Source of the DNA: Paraspadella gotoi
Lineage: Eukaryota > Animalia > Chaetognatha
Direction of reading: 5' to 3'
NCBI GenBank assembly: GCA_051294375.1
Contig: CM119271.1
Location: 8,576,148 to 8,618,456, forward strand
DNA length: 42,309 bases
The position numbers and the translations under genes were made by a program. Positions 37,945-42,309 of the stretch are shown piece after piece; position 1 is the first letter of the stretch, and the number at the start of each line of letters is the position of its first letter. Below the pieces are notes generated by a model, which worked only from the letters and a program-made list of their open reading frames with translations, was not told the origin of the DNA and did no database searches.

Positions 37945-38199
37945 TGTGGCGGTATATTCACACCGCCTCACGTCCACCATCCTTCAGCCAAATCCATTGG
38001 CTCAGCGGGGGAACACACCATCACAAGCGTAGTGTTCCATCCACAGTCCTAACGACTTCCCTCTGCGTTGGCAAAGCGTGACCGTCCAAGGGTAACCGCG
38101 CCAGTGACTGGAGGCGTCACTGAGGGTCGGAAGCCCCCAAAGCCAACAGTGAGATGCCCCATCCCAATGGGCATCACAGGCGACCCGGCTGTTGCCAAA
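37945..38199 (+). mobile_element. Solo-LTR-like element, copy 2, 4-bp TSD AATT, within GT31 intron 2
   Basis: Begins TGTGGCGG, ends GTTGCCAAA; flanked by AATT at 37941-37944 and 38200-38203; homologous to 5256-5495. Confidence 0.8.
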
Positions 38200-38345
38200 A
38201 ATTCATAATATATATTATAATTATAATCTAATACTTAAAATAGTGAAACAAGTAATATTGCAATTTTCATATGGAATTAAAATTTTTTGATTTAATCAGT
38301 CATTAAATATTCTTTTCCTTCAAATCCAAAAAAACCTTTTCCAAG

Positions 38346-38680
38346 GCGACAACATTGTCGGTTGGTTCTACGACCTATTCCGGCCCACCCTCACCCACAA
38401 CTGCGTCACGCCACGCCCACGCCGCTGCCAAAAATGTTTCCCCCACGACTTTCCCACGATCATTCGACCACGAAGCTGCGAAGATGGACCGTGGCGCGTG
38501 GTTTTTGCCATCGTCTCGAGACCGGAAGGGATCGAGCGCCGCGCCGGCATCCNNNNNNNNNNGGCGAAGTCAGCGCGGCGCGCATCCGGGACGATCGTCT
38601 TCTTGACGGGAACCGGAAGTCTAAGGGAAGTGCAGGAGGCGCTGGAGGTTGAGGCGCGGGAGCACGGGGAGTATTGGCAG
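38346..38680 (+). CDS. GT31 glycosyltransferase exon 3
   Basis: Acceptor CCTTTTCCAAG; CFPHDFPTIIRPRSCEDGPWRVVFAIVSRPEGIERRAGI-[10-N gap that exactly fits the family R-x-T-W motif]-AKS...TIVFLTG...EAREHGEYWQ; donor GTGGGG at 38681. Confidence 0.85.
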
Positions 38681-38703
38681 GTGGGGGAGAGGAGGGGGAT
38701 AGG

Positions 38704-38770
<67 letters not shown>

Positions 38771-38913
38771 AAAAAAGAAAGAAGAGAGATAAAGAGGAAA
38801 AAAGTAAAGAAATAAAGAAAGAAAGCAAGAGAGAAAGTAAAAACGAAAGAAAGAAAATAAAAGATTAAAATAAAATAAAGCTGATCAGTCAGTGAGTTTA
38901 ATAGAGAAAAAAA

Positions 38914-38961
<48 letters not shown>

Positions 38962-39108
38962 AAAGGGGAAAAAGTAAAATTTTGAATAAGAAAAAAAAAA
39001 TGATTAAAAACATGAAATTTGTTTAATTTTGATTACACATTTTTAACACGTGCGTGACATAGCTACTCTATCCAATTGCATCTTCACTTCCCTCCCCTCC
39101 TCCGCCAG

Positions 39109-39323
39109 ACGGACTTCATCGACTCTTACTTCAACCTCACCGTGAAATCCGTGACCGGTCTCTCCTGGATCACGTCTCACTGCGTCGCGGACTTCGTCGT
39201 CAAAATCGACGACGACACTTTCGTCAACGTCGACGTCTTCGTGAGCCGCCTGCCCAAAGCCTCCAACGCCACCTTCATCGGCGGAACGTTCGAGACGGAC
39301 GTCGAAGTCATAAGGAAACCGAG
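39109..39323 (+). CDS. GT31 glycosyltransferase exon 4 (DxD motif)
   Basis: TDFIDSYFNLTVKS...FVVKIDDDTFVN carries the hallmark Galactosyl_T motifs; CAG acceptor, GTGAGT donor. Confidence 0.92.
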
Positions 39324-39421
39324 GTGAGTCAAGAGGTTGGTGGAGCTTCTTCTTTGTGAGTGAAGAGATTGGTGGAGCTTCTTCTTTGTGAGTGTAGAGT
39401 TTGGTGGAGCTTCTTCTTTGT
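39324..39421 (+). repeat. 32-bp minisatellite x3 at intron start
   Basis: GTGAGT..AGAG.TTGGTGGAGCTTCTTCTTT units starting at 39324, 39356 and 39388. Confidence 0.9.
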
Positions 39422-39545
39422 TTACTTTCGTGGATTCACGTCAGAAAGTGGAAAGAGCATGGAACCGCTAAGAGTATAGTAATAATACTAGGTTGACCTT
39501 TCTCGATTAATCGCTTGTACTTCTCTTCTCTTGTCTCTCTCTCTG

Positions 39546-39616
<71 letters not shown>

Positions 39617-39675
39617 CTCTCTCTCTTCCCGATGCTAATCAACCATCTCAAACCCAAACATCTTTCCCTCCACAG

Positions 39676-39839
39676 CCGTTATGCCGTGACCCACAACGAA
39701 TGGCCCTTTCTGCTCTACCCAACCTTCTGCTACGGAGTCATGCTCGTGTTTTCGTCGAAGGCCGCGCGGGCTGTGGTCGAGGCTTCGCCCAACGTTCCCT
39801 TCTTCAAATTGGAGGACGTCTATTTGACGGGACTCGTCG
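39676..39839 (+). CDS. GT31 glycosyltransferase exon 5
   Basis: RYAVTHNEWPFLLYPTFCYGVMLVFS...PFFKLEDVYLTGLV (YPxxCxG and EDVY motifs); phases consistent. Confidence 0.92.
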
Positions 39840-39958
39840 GTGAGACGGAGTCGGGAATTTTGGTTTTTAGTTCTTTTTTTTTTTTAAATTATAATGTTAT
39901 GTTTATTTTTATGAATTTTTTTACGAGGAATCCAGAGCTAAATGTCTCAATATTTTAG

Positions 39959-40018
39959 GAAACGACCACTTGAACATTAAGCCTGTATTCATGCCCGAAG
40001 TTAAACGTGTGATTAAAG
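39959..40018 (+). CDS. GT31 glycosyltransferase exon 6
   Basis: TATTTTAG acceptor; GNDHLNIKPVFMPEVKRVIK; donor GTAAAA at 40019. Confidence 0.7.
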
Positions 40019-40231
40019 GTAAAACTATTTATATAGGATTTAAATTTCTAAAATTTATCTCATTAAATTTTTATTCGGTATATTTTTAAACATATTATTC
40101 CTTTGACTGAGACAAGCTTATTGAAATTTCATTTTTCCTTGTTATCAGTTTAAATATACGTTCGCTCACTGATAACATTCCTCAGTATAAACCGTGAATG
40201 ACAATCGAAAAACATTTTGATGAACACGAAG

Positions 40232-40422
40232 GTGATATCTGCGCCGTGAAGTCTCACATCGCGGCTTTCGACCTCGGTGATCGAGACATTGTGAAGACAT
40301 GGAACAAGTTGCAACACGGTTGCAGCGACGCATGGAGACTTCGGCCCGAATCCTTCGCCTTTCTTAATTTTCAACAGTTAGTCTCATTCGTTACGTCGAT
40401 TTGCATTTTGGTTAAAAGATGA
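40232..40422 (+). CDS. GT31 glycosyltransferase terminal exon (5' boundary uncertain)
   Basis: GDICAVKSHIAAFDLGDRDIVKTWNKL shows the C-x19-W spacing of B3GALT C-termini. The only stop-free join found uses a weak AAG acceptor at 40231. Total CDS 1281 nt (426 aa); AATAAA at 40506-40511. Confidence 0.6.
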
Positions 40423-40708
40423 TGATTGTTGGAAATCTCCATTATTGATCAATTTATATAAAATGTATTTCTTGTGATTTCTTTTCTTGATTTCCCTCTA
40501 TTTAAAATAAACTTCTTTTTAAAAAGTGTAATTTGATTAATTTTATCAGAAAGAGAGAGAGACAGAACAAGGGGCAAAGAAAGAAAAAAATAAATGGTGA
40601 CATTTAATATCTTCATTTGCATATTGTAGTAATTTGGTCGGGCGCCCTCATATAAAAGTTATCATGGTTGTCTTCTGTGCATTAAAAATTTTTCGTCAAT
40701 TTTATATA

Positions 40709-40729
40709 AGGTCAAGGTCAAGGTCAAGG
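40709..40729 (+). repeat. (AGGTCA)x3.5 tandem hexamer
   Basis: aggtca aggtca aggtca agg. Confidence 0.8.
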
Positions 40730-42309
40730 CAAGTATATATTTCTTTCGATTTCTCTCGACGGTTGTGATTCCTGCACCTCGTCGTCTACTTTCTATCAGT
40801 CAAGCAAATGTTATTTGAGAGGCTTTTTCCATAAGCCAATAACAAAAACATAAGAAAGTATGGTAGAGTTCCAGTCAGAATTGTCCGACACGAATTAAAA
40901 AGACTTTCGCGTAACCAATAGTAAGAAAAAATACATACAAATACTATAAACGCCTTATGACGTTGGACATAATTGCCGGTGAGAAAACAAAAAAAAAAAA
41001 CTCTTTTTGGCGCAAGAGGCTTTAAAATTACACTGTGGAAATTGGACTTTTCTAAAGGTCGTCGAAACTCCACCGTAACTTGGAAAAAAAAGCAATTGTG
41101 GAAACGTTGCAAGATAAAACCGGCGTGCGTTCGAAACCACGCGGGGCCGCCGCCGTTATGGAGGTCGGCCGCCGGAAGAACCCGAAAACATCCGTCTCGC
41201 CAGTTGAACGTTAAATATTGAACGGTTTTACGATTTCGCCCCATAGGCAGCCAGATAGAGAGCGAGCGAGTGAGAAAGGGAGACGCGAATTTAGAGACAN
41301 NNNNNNNNNNNNNNNNNNNNNNNNNNNNNNNNNNNNNNNNNNNNNNNNNNNNNNNNNNNNNNNNNNNNNNNNNNNNNNNNNNNNNNNNNNNNNNNNNNNN
41401 NNNNNNNNNNNNNNNNNNNNNNNNNNNNNNNNNNNNNNNNNNNNNNNNNNNNNNNNNNNNNNNNNNNNNNNNNNNNNNNNNNNNNNNNNNNNNNNNNNNN
41501 NNNNNNNNNNNNNNNNNNNNNNNNNNNNNNNNNNNNNNNNNNNNNNNNNNNNNNNNNNNNNNNNNNNNNNNNNNNNNNNNNNNNNTGGGTGAGTGGTAGG
41601 AGGGTAAGTTAGAGAATAGAATTGAGGTAGGGAGAAGGGTAAGAGATGAAGGAAGGGAAGGGAAGGCCGCGAAAGGGAGCAAAATGGCGGGAAAAAGAAA
41701 AAGGAAAGAAATAAGGCGAGGAAGGGAGGAGGAAGGTAATGGGAAAAGGAAGAGGAAAAATAAGGAAGAGAAAAGGAATGATGGCGGAAAAACGAGGAAA
41801 GCAGCGGAAGGCGAGGTAAGGGAAAGGAGAAAAAAAGTGAGGAAGGGAAAAAGGAAGTAATGGAGGAAGAGGGGAAAANNNNNNNNNNNNNNNNNNNNNN
41901 NNNNNNNNNNNNNNNNNNNNNNNNNNNNNNNNNNNNNNNNNNNNNNNNNNNNNNNNNNNNNNNNNNNNNNNNNNNNNNNNNNNNNNNNNNNNNNNNNNNN
42001 NNNNNNNNNNNNNNNNNNNNNNNNNNNNNNNNNNNNNNNNNNNNNNNNNNNNNNNNNNNNNNNNNNNNNNNNNNNNNNNNNNNNNNNNNNNNNNNNNNNN
42101 NNNNNNNNNNNNNNNNNNNNNNNNNNNNNNNNNNNNGGGGGGGAGGAGGAAACTGGGTAAGTAACGATCCTGTTAGAGAGGGTAAGTCGAGGAAAGTAAA
42201 TTGCCACGAGGGAAGTCAACGTTTGTTGTTCGCCCGCCTTAGTTGTCGTCTCGATGTCGTCGTCGTTATGGTTATTGTTGTTTATGTTTTGTCGGTAGTT
42301 TTCTCTCTC

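Noticed and set aside
38118-38145. Hammerhead-like CTGAGG...CAAA, and SRP/7SK-like words in the LTR-like element
   Set aside because: The core deviates from CUGANGA/GAAA in both copies; the SRP and 7SK similarities are only a few nucleotides and wrongly positioned.
39324-39421. CRISPR-like 32-bp periodicity
   Set aside because: Pure tandem repeat without unique spacers, inside a eukaryotic intron; no cas genes.
35999-40197. Stop-codon recoding or RNA editing suggested by in-frame TAA (35999) and TGA (40195)
   Set aside because: Both stops are avoided by ordinary GT-AG splice choices that give a family-length protein.
41122-41152. tRNA T-arm/B-box-like GTTCGAAACCACG
   Set aside because: No matching acceptor 5' strand, D-arm or anticodon arm upstream.
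40786-42219. 477-aa minus-strand ORF (also 508-804 and 34981-35397)
   Set aside because: Open only because they run through N gaps and low-complexity purine tracts.

Overview
Eukaryotic (probably invertebrate animal, by inference) draft-assembly window: AT-rich, dense in (AG)n/(CT)n/(GGAA)n/(GTC)n microsatellites, with 13 N-gaps. Two spliced protein-coding genes can be reconstructed by hand. (1) At the left end is a TRAFAC-class P-loop GTPase (AIG1/GIMAP/septin-like motifs) fused to a helical region and a C-terminal Cys module whose spacing closely follows the catalytic Rcat/RING2 domain of RBR ubiquitin ligases. Its 5' exons appear as an inverted, indel-damaged copy lying back-to-back with the 3' exon. 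(2) At 35.8-40.4 kb is a 7-exon GT31 (beta-1,3-galactosyltransferase/Brainiac-like) gene of about 426 aa. The middle (about 6.9-34.4 kb) is mostly one ~8.1-kb segment present as 2 full and 3 partial copies separated by exactly 25-N gaps, most likely a long-read gap-filling artefact. Also found: two diverged copies of a 240-255 bp solo-LTR-like element, each with a 4-bp target-site duplication; a phased CCAAT-box array; degenerate TTAGGG tracts; and a candidate bidirectional promoter. The GTPase-Rcat-like fusion is the best candidate for an undescribed system. Most listed ORFs are microsatellite noise.
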